64,000 nt of DNA. Origin: Actinomycetes bacterium. Lineage in GTDB: Bacteria; Actinomycetota; Acidimicrobiia; Acidimicrobiales; CADCSY01. This document shows positions 54,588-63,763 of this stretch, piece after piece. The first letter of the stretch is position 1; each line of letters begins with the position of its first letter. Under the pieces are notes generated by a model that worked only from the letters and a program-made list of their open reading frames with translations, was not told the DNA's origin and ran no database searches. The stretch lies in contig JANNOZ010000016.1 of the NCBI GenBank assembly GCA_031399525.1, forward strand, positions 2,896 through 66,895, written 5' to 3'. Made by a program: the position numbers and the translations under genes.

Positions 54588-55466
54588 TTAGGCGAGGGCG
54601 GCGAGATCGTCGGGGGTCAGGGTGATGGCCGCGCCGCCGACGTTTTCCTCGAGGTGGGCGACTGAGCTGGTACCCGGGATGGGCACGATCGACGGCGACC
54701 GGGCCAGCAACCAGGCCAGGGCTACCTGCGCCGGAGTGGCGTCGTGGACCCCAGCCACTGCGTCGAGGCCGGTGCCGGGTTGGGCCAGCTCGGCGGTCCC
54801 CCGGGTCCCCAACGGGAAGTAGGCGATGAACGCCAGGCCAGTGGCGTCGCAGTGATCGACCACGTCGTCCCATGTGCGGTCGGCCAGGTTGTAGCGGTTC
54901 TGCACCGACACGACCGGCGCCAAGGTCCGGACGTGCTCGATCTCATCTACCCCCACCTCCGACAGACCGATGTGGGCGATCTTGCCTTCGGCCTGGAGCT
55001 CGAGGAGGCAGCCGATCGATTCCTCGACCGGGATCCAGGGGTCGATTCGGTGCAACTGGTAGAGCGGGATCCGTTCGAGCTTCAAGCGCCGCAGGCTGCC
55101 CTCGCACGCCCGGCGCAAATGGGCGGGGTCACCCGAGGGTCGCCACTGGCTGGGCCCGTCTCGCAGCAGGCCGGCCTTGGTGGCGATGACCAGGTCGTCG
55201 GGGTAGGGATGCAGTGCCGTGGCGATCAACGCCTCGCTGACGCCAGGGCCATAGGAGTCGGCGGTGTCGAGGAAGGTGACCCCCAACTCGACGGCCCGGC
55301 GCAGGACGGCGATGCAGGCATCCGGGTCGACCGGTCGTCCCCACACGCCGGGGCCGGTGATGCGCATGGCGCCGAAGCCCAGGCGACCGAAGGTGACATC
55401 GCCGCCGACGGTGATCGCCCCAGCTCGTGCGGCGGGCCCCGACGGGACCTGAGGGGGGTTCGACAT
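54588..55466 (-). CDS. aldo/keto reductase
   Basis: ATG at 55466 (MSNPPQVPSG). Motifs are LGFGAMRITG, FLDTADSYG, LYQLHRID and IPGTSSVAHLEEN. Confidence 0.85.
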   Translation of the reverse strand: MSNPPQVPSGPAARAGAITVGGDVTFGRLGFGAMRITGPGVWGRPVDPDACIAVLRRAVELGVTFLDTADSYGPGVSEALIATALHPYPDDLVIATKAGLLRDGPSQWRPSGDPAHLRRACEGSLRRLKLERIPLYQLHRIDPWIPVEESIGCLLELQAEGKIAHIGLSEVGVDEIEHVRTLAPVVSVQNRYNLADRTWDDVVDHCDATGLAFIAYFPLGTRGTAELAQPGTGLDAVAGVHDATPAQVALAWLLARSPSIVPIPGTSSVAHLEENVGGAAITLTPDDLAALA

Positions 55467-55492
55467 GGCGCTGATCGTAGGGCCGGTCAGCG

Positions 55493-55858
55493 CTATCCCT
55501 GGCGCCCCACCGCGACGTGGGCCCACGCCTCGATCTCGACCAGCGCCCCCTTGGGCAAACCGGCGACGGCCACGGCCGATCGGGCCGGACGATGCTGGCC
55601 GAAGGCGTCGGCATAGGCGACGTTGACATCGTCGTAGTCGCTCATGTGGTGCAGGAACACCGTGGTCTTGACCACGTCGGCGAGGCTCGCCCCCTCCACC
55701 GCGAGCAGGGCGTCGAGGTTGGCGATCGCCTGGCGCAACTGGGCGACGGTGCCTCCCGGCACGAGGTTGCCATCAACCACACCGAGCTGGCCCGACACGA
55801 CCAGCCACTCCCCGACCCTCACCAGCGGGGTGTATGGCGGCGTTGCTGGTTGGGACAC
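55493..55858 (-). CDS. RidA/YjgF-family reactive-intermediate deaminase
   Basis: 121-aa ORF. …VSGQLG…VVKTTVFL…PARSAVAVAGLPKGALVEIEAWA. Confidence 0.85.
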   Translation of the reverse strand: MSQPATPPYTPLVRVGEWLVVSGQLGVVDGNLVPGGTVAQLRQAIANLDALLAVEGASLADVVKTTVFLHHMSDYDDVNVAYADAFGQHRPARSAVAVAGLPKGALVEIEAWAHVAVGRQG

Positions 55859-55873
55859 GTCAGCTCCTCGGGT

Positions 55874-57466
55874 TCATCGGTCGGTCGGCCACATCGGCGG
55901 ACAACCCTGGCGCACCCACTCGGCGGCCGCCACCGCCACGAACGCAGCATCGCTGGAAGCCACCGGCGGACCGTCGAGGTCAACCACGTGCACCTCGACT
56001 GGTGGTGTCTCCGATGCTCGCATGATGCCGAAGGACCGGATGGTCAGGTCAAGGGGAACGCCCGCCGGGTCGACGGCGATGGCCTCGCGCCGCACCCAGC
56101 CCAACGCCATGTGGGCTGCACCGACGCAGTAGGAGCGCAGGGTGACGGAGTCGAGCACCTCGCCGGCCTCGACGACCAGCGACACGGTCCCGTCAGCCGC
56201 GATCGTGGCGGTGGCTCGCCCTCCTCGAGGGTCATCAACCGTGACGGACCCATCGGCGTTGACACCGTGACCGACCCCGGCCAGCAAAACCAGTGCCTCG
56301 GCCCAGCCCGCGGCCCGGAGGTTGCTCGACGTGGCCGGACCAACGACGTCGACCTCCTCGACGACCAGACCCGGCGCCACCGAAGCGACTGCGGCGACGA
56401 TCCCCGGGGTGCGAGCGACTCGGAGCACCCCGGTGCCGTCGGGTCTCACCCCAGCGGCCACGGGCGGTCGCTTGGGACCGAGACGGACGACGTCCTCCCG
56501 GGCCAGAACCACCCGGACCGGCCGTCCGTACTCGTCGGCCAACCGACGGGCCGCGTCGGGGGCGACCGACGCTTTCTTGGCCCCGAACGCCCCGCCGTTG
56601 GCCAGCGGGGTCGCCGGATCGCCCCCGGGCTGGCACCAGGACGCGTCGGTCTCCAGGTAAGCCGGTTCGACCCAGGTGGTCCGCAACATGGCCGCCCAAT
56701 CCCCAGGGGGAACTTCGATCGGATAGACCAACTCGGCCGTCGTCCGCCGGCCCTGGACCTTGCCGGCTGCGGACCGAGCACCGGCCAGCGTCTCGGCCAC
56801 GGCCCAACCGCCGGCCCCGTCGGGCACGGCAACCAGCGCGTCGGCCGGGGCCGTGTCGTCGGCGAACGGCGACCGGCCCAGTACCACGTCGAGACCGGCA
56901 CCTTGGGGTCCGCGACCCTCGATGGTGGCCCGACGAGCGGCCGCCGTGAGGGTTCGGTGGGGCGCACCAACAGGCGTGACACTGGCCTGCTCGAACGCTT
57001 CGACGATGGTCCGCCAGCCGGTGCACCGGCACAGGTGCGCGGCCAGCGCCCGCTCGACTGTGGCCCGGTTGGCCGACGGGTCGAGGGCGGCGAGGCGGAC
57101 GAGGATGCCCGGGGTGCAGAACCCGCATTGGCTGGCTCCGGTGGCGACGAACGCACCGGTTAGCGCGTCGAGGCGCTCGGCGGGGAGCCCGTCGAGGGTC
57201 GTGACCTGCCGACCGGCGATCCGCCGAACGGGCGTCACGCAGGACACCCGGGGCGATCCGTCGACCAACACGGTGCAGCACCCACATTGGCCCTGGGGGC
57301 TGCACCCATCCTTGACCGACCGAACACCGAGCTGACCCCGCAGGGCGTCGAGAAGCGAGCCGGCATCGTCGGCAACCACGACCGCCTGCCCATCGAGCTC
57401 GAACGCGATCGCCTTGGCTGCCCCCTCGGGGGCAGCGCCCCCGTTCACAGCGATCTCCTCGGTCAC
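55874..57466 (-). CDS. [2Fe-2S]-binding domain fused to a shortened xanthine-dehydrogenase/aldehyde-oxidase-like molybdopterin domain
   Basis: The N-terminus has CSPQGQCGCCTV and QCGFCTPG…CRCTGW (CoxS/XdhA-type clusters). The remaining roughly 380 aa contain YLETDA, GGAFGAKK and GRPVRVVLAREDV, typical of Mo-hydroxylase large subunits but much shorter. The start is a GTG at 57466 or 57448. Confidence 0.65.
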   Translation of the reverse strand: MTEEIAVNGGAAPEGAAKAIAFELDGQAVVVADDAGSLLDALRGQLGVRSVKDGCSPQGQCGCCTVLVDGSPRVSCVTPVRRIAGRQVTTLDGLPAERLDALTGAFVATGASQCGFCTPGILVRLAALDPSANRATVERALAAHLCRCTGWRTIVEAFEQASVTPVGAPHRTLTAAARRATIEGRGPQGAGLDVVLGRSPFADDTAPADALVAVPDGAGGWAVAETLAGARSAAGKVQGRRTTAELVYPIEVPPGDWAAMLRTTWVEPAYLETDASWCQPGGDPATPLANGGAFGAKKASVAPDAARRLADEYGRPVRVVLAREDVVRLGPKRPPVAAGVRPDGTGVLRVARTPGIVAAVASVAPGLVVEEVDVVGPATSSNLRAAGWAEALVLLAGVGHGVNADGSVTVDDPRGGRATATIAADGTVSLVVEAGEVLDSVTLRSYCVGAAHMALGWVRREAIAVDPAGVPLDLTIRSFGIMRASETPPVEVHVVDLDGPPVASSDAAFVAVAAAEWVRQGCPPMWPTDR

Positions 57467-57491
57467 CGGGGCGACGTTAGATTCGCTCGGC

Positions 57492-58379
57492 GTGTCCACC
57501 ACCCCCGCCCCCCGCCTATCCCGGCGGGCCGCGCTCCAGGCCGGTCTCGGTGGCGCCGCCCTCCTGGTGTTGGGCTCGTGCTCGAGTGGTGCGTCCAGCT
57601 CGGGCGCCGGGCCGTCGGGAGGCGGGATCTCGCTGCCCCTGACGTTCCTCGGCGACCAGCCCGTCGGCCAAGACCTGCGCCTCCCTCTCGCCCTGGCCGA
57701 CGCCGAGGGCGCAGCGATCACCACACCGCCCTCGTCCATCTCGGTGCGGGTCGGCCCCCAGGGCGGCGAACTCGGCTCGGCCGTAACGATCGCCCGCCAC
57801 GACGCCGGTATCCCCCGGGCCTACTTCCCACTGCGTACCCGGTTCGATACCGAGGGCCAGTGGCGGATCGTGGCCGACACCGACCTCGGCAGCACCGAGC
57901 TGACCGTCAACGCCAAGCAAGCGTCACTGCTGCCCGCGGTGCCCGGCGCCGGCGACCTCATGCCGTCGCTGGTGACGCCAACCCTCGACGCCCCCGACGG
58001 CGTCGACCCGGTCTGCACCGACGAGACCACCTGCCCGCTGCACACGGTCAGCCTCGACCGTGCCTTGGCCTCGGGACGCCCGACGGTGGTGCTGGTCTCG
58101 ACGCCCATGTACTGCCAGGTCGCCATCTGCGGACCGGTCCTCGACCTTCTCCTCGACCAGGCCACGGCCCGAGCCGCCCAGGCCGACTTCCTCCATGTCG
58201 AGGTCTACCGCCGCCCACCCGACCTCGACCTGGCGCCCGCCGTCGAGTCGCTCGGCCTCACCTACGAGCCCGCGCTGTTCGTGGTCGGGGCCGACGGGGT
58301 CGTCCGCGACCGCCTCGACTTCACCTACGACGGCGACGAACTGGCCGAGGTTCTCGACGCGACGTTTACCGAAGTGTGA
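57492..58379 (+). CDS. Tat-signal lipoprotein, thioredoxin-like/unknown
   Basis: The GTG at 57492 gives VSTTPAPRLSRRAALQAGLGGAALLVLGSCSSG, which has a twin-Arg motif plus a lipobox. Cys pairs CTDETTC and CQVAIC occur in the mature part. Confidence 0.6.
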   Translation: MSTTPAPRLSRRAALQAGLGGAALLVLGSCSSGASSSGAGPSGGGISLPLTFLGDQPVGQDLRLPLALADAEGAAITTPPSSISVRVGPQGGELGSAVTIARHDAGIPRAYFPLRTRFDTEGQWRIVADTDLGSTELTVNAKQASLLPAVPGAGDLMPSLVTPTLDAPDGVDPVCTDETTCPLHTVSLDRALASGRPTVVLVSTPMYCQVAICGPVLDLLLDQATARAAQADFLHVEVYRRPPDLDLAPAVESLGLTYEPALFVVGADGVVRDRLDFTYDGDELAEVLDATFTEV

Positions 58380-58406
58380 TCTGAAGCGGCGGCTGGCCGC
58401 CCGAGA

Positions 58407-58727
58407 TCAGGAGAAGGAGTTGCCGCAGCCGCAGGTGCGGGAGGCGTTCGGGTTGTCGATGGCAAACCCGGCGTCTTGGAGGCCGTCCTTGTAGTCGAGG
58501 GTTGCGCCCTCGAGCATCTGGGCGCTGGCCGGGTCGACCACGACCTTGACGCCGGCGAACTCGCGGGCCAAGTCGTCGGCCGCGATGTCGGTGTCGAAGA
58601 ACATCTCGTAGCTGAAGCCCGAGCACCCGCCCGGTCGAACGGAAACCCGCAGGGCCAGATCGGCTTCGCCTTCGGAGTCGATCAACTCTTTGACCTTGAC
58701 CGCAGCGTTGTCGGTGAGGGTGATCAC
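58407..58727 (-). CDS. erpA: iron-sulfur cluster insertion/assembly protein (HesB/IscA/ErpA family)
   Basis: The GTG at 58727 has AGGAGGA about 9 nt upstream. VITLTDNAAVKVKELI…GGCSGFSY…CGCGNSF has the three conserved Cys. Confidence 0.85.
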   Translation of the reverse strand: MITLTDNAAVKVKELIDSEGEADLALRVSVRPGGCSGFSYEMFFDTDIAADDLAREFAGVKVVVDPASAQMLEGATLDYKDGLQDAGFAIDNPNASRTCGCGNSFS

Positions 58728-58840
58728 AGCCGGGTTCCTCCTGTGCAACGACCGGTCGGGGAGACCGGTGCGAGCGACGGCACGCAGAGCCGATGCTACC
58801 AGCGGCCCGTCCGCTTCAGCAGGGGCCCTCGTAGACTCAG

Positions 58841-60016
58841 GTGGTGACCGACCCCGATGCGCTCCTCGAGATGCTCCGAGGAGTGATCGATCCCGAACTG
58901 GGCCTCGACATCGTCGAGCTGGGCATGGCCCGCTCGGTCGAGCTCGACGCCGACGGGTTGGCCACCGTCACCATCGCGTTGACCACCGTCGGATGCCCGC
59001 TCCGGGGTCAGATCCAAAAGGACATCAAGGCCCGGCTGCTCTCGGTGTCCGGCGTCGATGCCGTCCACCTGGCCTGGACCGAGATGACACCTGATCAGAA
59101 GGCCACGGCCATGGACCGGGCCCGTCGCCACGCGGCCCAGGATGCTCCGGACACCATGATCTCGCCGACCACCAAGGTCATCGGTATCGCCTCGGGCAAG
59201 GGGGGCGTGGGCAAGTCGTCAGTCACGGTCAACCTGGCCGCCGCGCTGGCCCTTCGGGGATTGGCTGTCGGCGTCCTCGATGCCGACATCTGGGGATTCT
59301 CGGTCCCTCGCATGCTCGGTCTCGACGGTCGCCTCGAAGGCGACGACGACAAGAAGATCCGTCCGCACACCAAGCTCATCGGTCCAGGTCGTCTCGAAGT
59401 CGTGTCGATGGGATTCCTGGTCGAGGACGAGGACTCGGCTCTGATGTGGCGGGGCCTCATGCTCAACCGCGCCGTCCAGCACTTCCTCGAAGACGTCCGC
59501 TGGGGCGAACTCGACTATCTCCTGATCGACCTTCCACCCGGAACCGGCGACGTCCAAATGGGCCTGGCCCGGATGCTGCCCCGCACCGAGCTGGTCATCG
59601 TGACCACACCGGCTCTGGCCGCCCAGAAGGTGGCAGCCCGAGCAGCCGACATGGCGGCCAAGAGCTACCTACGGGTCGCCGGCGTCATCGAGAACATGTC
59701 GGCCTTCGTGGCCGACGACGGCACCAGCTATCCGCTCTTCGGGCAGGGCGGCGGCCAGGCCTTGGCCGACGACGTCGGCGTCCCCCTCCTCGGGCAGATC
59801 CCTCTCGAAGCCTCAGTGAGCGCAGGAGGCGACAGCGGTTCACCGGTCGCGCTGGGTTCGGGCCCGGCGGCCGAGGCGTTCCACGAACTGGCCCGACGCA
59901 TCGTCGAAGAGGCGGTACCCCCGGTGGAGATGGCCGGCTGTACCGCCCGGATGCTCGACGCCATCACCGCTGCCCTCGACTCCCCCGTCGGGTCGGGAAA
60001 AGCGACGAGCCGGTAG
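58841..60016 (+). CDS. apbC: Fe-S cluster carrier ATPase Mrp/ApbC (N-terminal DUF59/FeS-assembly SUF domain)
   Basis: 391-aa ORF. The DUF59-like N-terminus is IDPELGLDIVELGM, followed by a deviant Walker A, ASGKGGVGKSSVTVNLA. Confidence 0.88.
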   Translation: MVTDPDALLEMLRGVIDPELGLDIVELGMARSVELDADGLATVTIALTTVGCPLRGQIQKDIKARLLSVSGVDAVHLAWTEMTPDQKATAMDRARRHAAQDAPDTMISPTTKVIGIASGKGGVGKSSVTVNLAAALALRGLAVGVLDADIWGFSVPRMLGLDGRLEGDDDKKIRPHTKLIGPGRLEVVSMGFLVEDEDSALMWRGLMLNRAVQHFLEDVRWGELDYLLIDLPPGTGDVQMGLARMLPRTELVIVTTPALAAQKVAARAADMAAKSYLRVAGVIENMSAFVADDGTSYPLFGQGGGQALADDVGVPLLGQIPLEASVSAGGDSGSPVALGSGPAAEAFHELARRIVEEAVPPVEMAGCTARMLDAITAALDSPVGSGKATSR

Positions 60017-60017
60017 T

Positions 60018-60836
60018 TCAGGTGACCAGGACCCACTCGTCGTCGCGGCCGTGGCCCCTGACCCGACCTTCGCCAGCCAGCTTCAGCAGATGGGCCCACA
60101 CCGACTGAGCCGCCCAACGGTGTCGCGCCGGGTCGACCTCGGCGTAGAGCTCGGCCACCAAGGCGTCGACAGTGGACGAACCGCCGTGGCCAGCCAAGGT
60201 GTCGACGATCGACTGCTCACGGGCCCGACGATGAGCCAGGTAGCGGGCAACGACCGGCCCCGGGTCAGTCATCAGGTCGCCGTGGCCGGGGGCGATGGCC
60301 CGCAGCGCCAGGGTCCCGAGCCGCTCGAGCTGAGTCAGGTACGCGGCCATGTCGCCATCGGGGGGTGAGATCACCACCGTCGACCCACCCATGACGTGGT
60401 CCCCCGAGAACAGCAGCCCTTCTTCCTCCAGCAGGAAACACAGGTGGTTCGAGGCGTGGCCGGGGGTGTGCAGGACCCGCAGGGTGACGTCGGGACCGGC
60501 CACGACGTCGCCGTCGCCCAGGGCCCGGTCGACGATCAATCCATCGCGAGATCCGAACGCCGACACCTCGGCACCGGTCCGTTCGGCCAGGCCAGCCGCG
60601 CCGGGCGAGTGATCGCGGTGGGTGTGGGTGCAGAGGATCCGGCTGATGGGACCGGGGGCCGCGCCCACGATCCGGTCGAGGTGTTCGGCCACATCCGGGC
60701 CCGGATCGATGACCACGACATCATCGACTCCGCCAACGAGGTAGGTATTGGTGCCCGGACCGGTCATCAATCCCGGGTTGGGGGCCAACACGCGACGAAC
60801 GCGGGGTGATACCTGGTCGACAGTCGGCCCGGTCAC
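60018..60836 (-). CDS. MBL-fold metallo-hydrolase
   Basis: The GTG at 60836 overlaps the fxsA stop (GTGA). It carries the THTHRDH metal motif and HTPGHASNH. Confidence 0.8.
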   Translation of the reverse strand: MTGPTVDQVSPRVRRVLAPNPGLMTGPGTNTYLVGGVDDVVVIDPGPDVAEHLDRIVGAAPGPISRILCTHTHRDHSPGAAGLAERTGAEVSAFGSRDGLIVDRALGDGDVVAGPDVTLRVLHTPGHASNHLCFLLEEEGLLFSGDHVMGGSTVVISPPDGDMAAYLTQLERLGTLALRAIAPGHGDLMTDPGPVVARYLAHRRAREQSIVDTLAGHGGSSTVDALVAELYAEVDPARHRWAAQSVWAHLLKLAGEGRVRGHGRDDEWVLVT

Positions 60837-61243
60837 AGGTCGATGATCGTCCCCCGCCCGACGCTTTGGCCGGCGGCATTGACCACCCGGATCGGCAGGC
60901 GGGGAACGACGACGCGCCAGACCACGGCCCGCACCGGTGGCAACAAGAAGCACAACCCGACGACGTCAGTGACGAAGCCGGGGGTCAGCATCAGCGCCCC
61001 GCCGGTGACGATCATGGCCCCATCGACCAGCTCGCGGCCCGGCACCTTGCCGGCCTCGATCACCCGGCGGGACCGGCGCAACACGCCCATCCCTTCGCGC
61101 TTCATGAGGGTTGCGCCGAAAACACTGATGACGAGGAGGGCGAGGATCGTCCACCAGATCCCGATGTAGCTGGCCACCGTGGCAATCACGGCGATCTCGA
61201 TCAGCGGCACGGCGACGAGCACGACGACCAGGAAGATCACCAC
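60833..61243 (-). CDS. fxsA: FxsA-family membrane protein
   Basis: 136-aa ORF, MVIFLVVVLVAVPLIEIAVIATVASYIG…GALMLTPGFVTDVVGLCFLLPPVR, which is characteristic of FxsA. Confidence 0.85.
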   Translation of the reverse strand: MVIFLVVVLVAVPLIEIAVIATVASYIGIWWTILALLVISVFGATLMKREGMGVLRRSRRVIEAGKVPGRELVDGAMIVTGGALMLTPGFVTDVVGLCFLLPPVRAVVWRVVVPRLPIRVVNAAGQSVGRGTIIDL

Positions 61244-61314
61244 GATTCGAGCCTAACGGCGCCGGCCTGGGTCCCTCCGGGCCGGCCGAGAGCGGCGTTG
61301 GCTACCGTCGAACG

Positions 61315-62319
61315 ATGTCGACCAACGCCGTCCGACTCACCCAGTACGCCCATGGCGGAGGTTGCGCCTGCAAGATCCCGCCCGGCGAGTTGGAGGCCAT
61401 CGTCGCTGCCCTCGCTCCGCCAGCCGAAGGCGGCGCCCTCCTGGTGGGGGCCGAGCACGGCGACGACGCCGCGGTCGTGCGCTTACCCGGCGACGATCGG
61501 CGAGGTGTGCTCAGCACCTGCGACTTCTTCACGCCGGTCGTGGACGACGCCTACGACTGGGGGCGCATCGCAGCGACCAACGCCTTGTCCGACGTGTACG
61601 CCATGGGCGGCACGCCGCTCGTCGCCATCAACCTCCTGGGTTGGCCCCGCGACGTCCTGCCGCCTGAGCTGGCCACCGAGGTGCTGCGAGGAGGGCTGGC
61701 CGCCGCCACCGCGGCCAACTGTCCGGTCGCCGGCGGACACTCGGTCGATTCCCCCGAACCCATCTATGGCATGGCCGTGACCGGCCTCGTCGATCTCGAC
61801 GATGTGCTCCGGCTCGATGCCGGCAAGGCTGGGCAACCGCTCTCGTTGACCAAGCCGCTCGGCGTCGGTGTCCTCAACACCCGCCACAAGGCGACCGGCG
61901 AAGTCTTCCCGCAGGCCGTCGAGGTTATGACCCGACTCAACGCCGAGGCAGCCTCCGCCGCGATGCAGGCCGGCGTGCGTTGCGCCACCGATGTCACCGG
62001 CTTCGGCCTGCTCGGCCACCTCAAGAAGCTGTCCCGAGCCAGCGCCGTGGGCGCCATCATCGACCGGTCAGCCGTGCCCTACCTCGAGGGGGCCCGCCGG
62101 GCGGTGGCGGACGACTTCGTGAGCGGCGGCACCCGCCGCAACCTCGAGTGGGTGGCCGACGACGTCGACTTCGGCGACACCCCCGCCGCCGACCGCCTGC
62201 TCCTGGCCGACGCGCAGACCTCGGGTGGCCTGCTCGTGGTCGGCGAGGTGCCCGGCGCGCCGGTGATCGGCACACTGGTCGTCCGCTCGCCGGGTCAACC
62301 CTTGATCTCGGTTCGATGA
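61315..62319 (+). CDS. selD: selenide, water dikinase (selenophosphate synthetase), Cys-type
   Basis: 334-aa ORF, MSTNAVRLTQYAHGGGCACKIPP… The N-terminal G-x-G-C-x-C-K loop has Cys and no in-frame TGA. PurM-like domains follow. Confidence 0.9.
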   Translation: MSTNAVRLTQYAHGGGCACKIPPGELEAIVAALAPPAEGGALLVGAEHGDDAAVVRLPGDDRRGVLSTCDFFTPVVDDAYDWGRIAATNALSDVYAMGGTPLVAINLLGWPRDVLPPELATEVLRGGLAAATAANCPVAGGHSVDSPEPIYGMAVTGLVDLDDVLRLDAGKAGQPLSLTKPLGVGVLNTRHKATGEVFPQAVEVMTRLNAEAASAAMQAGVRCATDVTGFGLLGHLKKLSRASAVGAIIDRSAVPYLEGARRAVADDFVSGGTRRNLEWVADDVDFGDTPAADRLLLADAQTSGGLLVVGEVPGAPVIGTLVVRSPGQPLISVR

Positions 62320-62325
62320 GCTCTC

Positions 62326-62421
62326 GGAGGCGTCTGGCGGCCTGGTGGCCCCCGCGGTCTTCAACACCGACGTGGCCGGCCTCGCCGGCCAGGCGGGTTC
62401 GATTCCCGTCCGCCTCCGCCA
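62326..62421 (+). tRNA. selC: tRNA-Sec (anticodon TCA), CCA encoded
   Basis: GGAGGCG…CGCCTCC-G-CCA forms the acceptor stem. The D arm has about 6 bp and a 4-nt loop. The anticodon loop is CTTCAAC, with TCA at 62361-62363. The long variable arm has a perfect 8-bp stem, TGGCCGGC-ctc-GCCGGCCA. The T arm is GCGGG-TTCGATT-CCCGT. Confidence 0.88.
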
Positions 62422-62443
62422 TCTCCTGCCCGCGACTTCACCC

Positions 62444-63763
62444 ATGACCGAGCCGACCCGACCGCCCTCAGTCGACGCTGTGGCCCGACGACTGGCGTCG
62501 GCCGGTCACGACCTTCCGCACCCGCTGTTGGTCGATGCCGCCCGCCAGGCGATCGCCGCCGGCGACCACTCGGCGGCCGACCAAGTGGCCACAGCCGTCG
62601 CCCGAGACCTGCTCCAGCGGGTCGTCAATGCCACCGGGGTCCTCCTCCACACCAACCTCGGGCGAGCACCCCTCGGGCCGGGCGACCCGGCGACCGTCGG
62701 CAGTTACACCAACCTCGAACTCGACCTGGGCACCGGCGAGAGGGGCACCCGAGGGGCCGGCATCAGCCGACTCGTCGAGCGTCTGACCGGCGCCGAGGCA
62801 GCCCTGGTGGTGAACAACGGCGCCGCCGCCGTGCTCTTGACCATGGCCGCGCTGGCTGGCGGGCGCGACATCGTGGTCAGTCGAGGCGAACTGGTCGAGA
62901 TCGGCGGAGGCTTTCGCATCCCGGAGATCGTGGCCACCTCGGGGGCCCGCCTGGTCGAGGTGGGTACCACCAACCGCACCCGGCTGGCCGACCACGCTCG
63001 GGCGGTCGACGACCCCCACAACGACGTCGGCGCACTCCTGGTCGTCCACCGCTCGAACTTCCGGATCAGCGGCTTCACCGAGCAGGCCGATCTGGCCGAC
63101 CTGGCCCGCCTCGGCCCTCCCGTCGTCAGCGACATCGGCTCCGGGCTCCTCGATGCCCGCACCCCTTGGCTGTCCGGGGGGCCACCACCGTGGTTGGCCG
63201 GTGAGCCCGCGGTACGTCAGACCCTCGAGGCCGGCGCGGCTCTCGTCACATTCTCGGGCGACAAGCTCCTCGGCGGACCCCAAGCCGGGATCGTCGCCGG
63301 ACGCCGGGATCTGGTCGAGGCCTGCGCCCGCCACCCGCTGGCCCGGGCTCTGCGTCCAGGGCGACTCGTCGCCACCACCCTCCAAGACGTGCTCATGGCC
63401 CACCTGCGGCGAGACACCGACGCCATCCCGTTCTGGCGCATGGCCACCATCTCCGTCGACCAGCTCCGGAGCCGGGCCGCGGCCATCGTGGCCGACGTGT
63501 CGGGCGCCGGACCCACGAACGGGACCGGCGCCGTCGAGGTGGTCGACAGCATCGCCGTGCCGGGTGGCGGCACCCTGCCGGGCGTCGAACTGGCCTCGGC
63601 CGGCGTCGCCGTCGAGGGCGACCACGCTGCGGCCCTGCGCCAATGTCGCCCACCGGTGATTGCCCGGGTGGAGCTGGGCCGCACAATCCTCGATCTCCGC
63701 ACTGTCGACCCGTCCGACGACTACCGGGTGACCGAGGCATTGCGAACCCTGGCCCGACCTTGA
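62444..63763 (+). CDS. selA: L-seryl-tRNA(Sec) selenium transferase
   Basis: ATG at 62444 ([13 protein letters not shown]), with the PLP-lysine motif [13 protein letters not shown]. The first 33 codons of track ORF 62345..63763 overlap the tRNA-Sec gene. Confidence 0.9.
   Translation: MTEPTRPPSVDAVARRLASAGHDLPHPLLVDAARQAIAAGDHSAADQVATAVARDLLQRVVNATGVLLHTNLGRAPLGPGDPATVGSYTNLELDLGTGERGTRGAGISRLVERLTGAEAALVVNNGAAAVLLTMAALAGGRDIVVSRGELVEIGGGFRIPEIVATSGARLVEVGTTNRTRLADHARAVDDPHNDVGALLVVHRSNFRISGFTEQADLADLARLGPPVVSDIGSGLLDARTPWLSGGPPPWLAGEPAVRQTLEAGAALVTFSGDKLLGGPQAGIVAGRRDLVEACARHPLARALRPGRLVATTLQDVLMAHLRRDTDAIPFWRMATISVDQLRSRAAAIVADVSGAGPTNGTGAVEVVDSIAVPGGGTLPGVELASAGVAVEGDHAAALRQCRPPVIARVELGRTILDLRTVDPSDDYRVTEALRTLARP

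Noticed and set aside
52083-57163. ORFs 52083..54236 (-) 717 aa and 55517..57163 (+) 548 aa
   Set aside because: They are antisense to glnA2/glnR and to the 2Fe-2S/Mo-hydroxylase-like gene respectively. They have no motifs.
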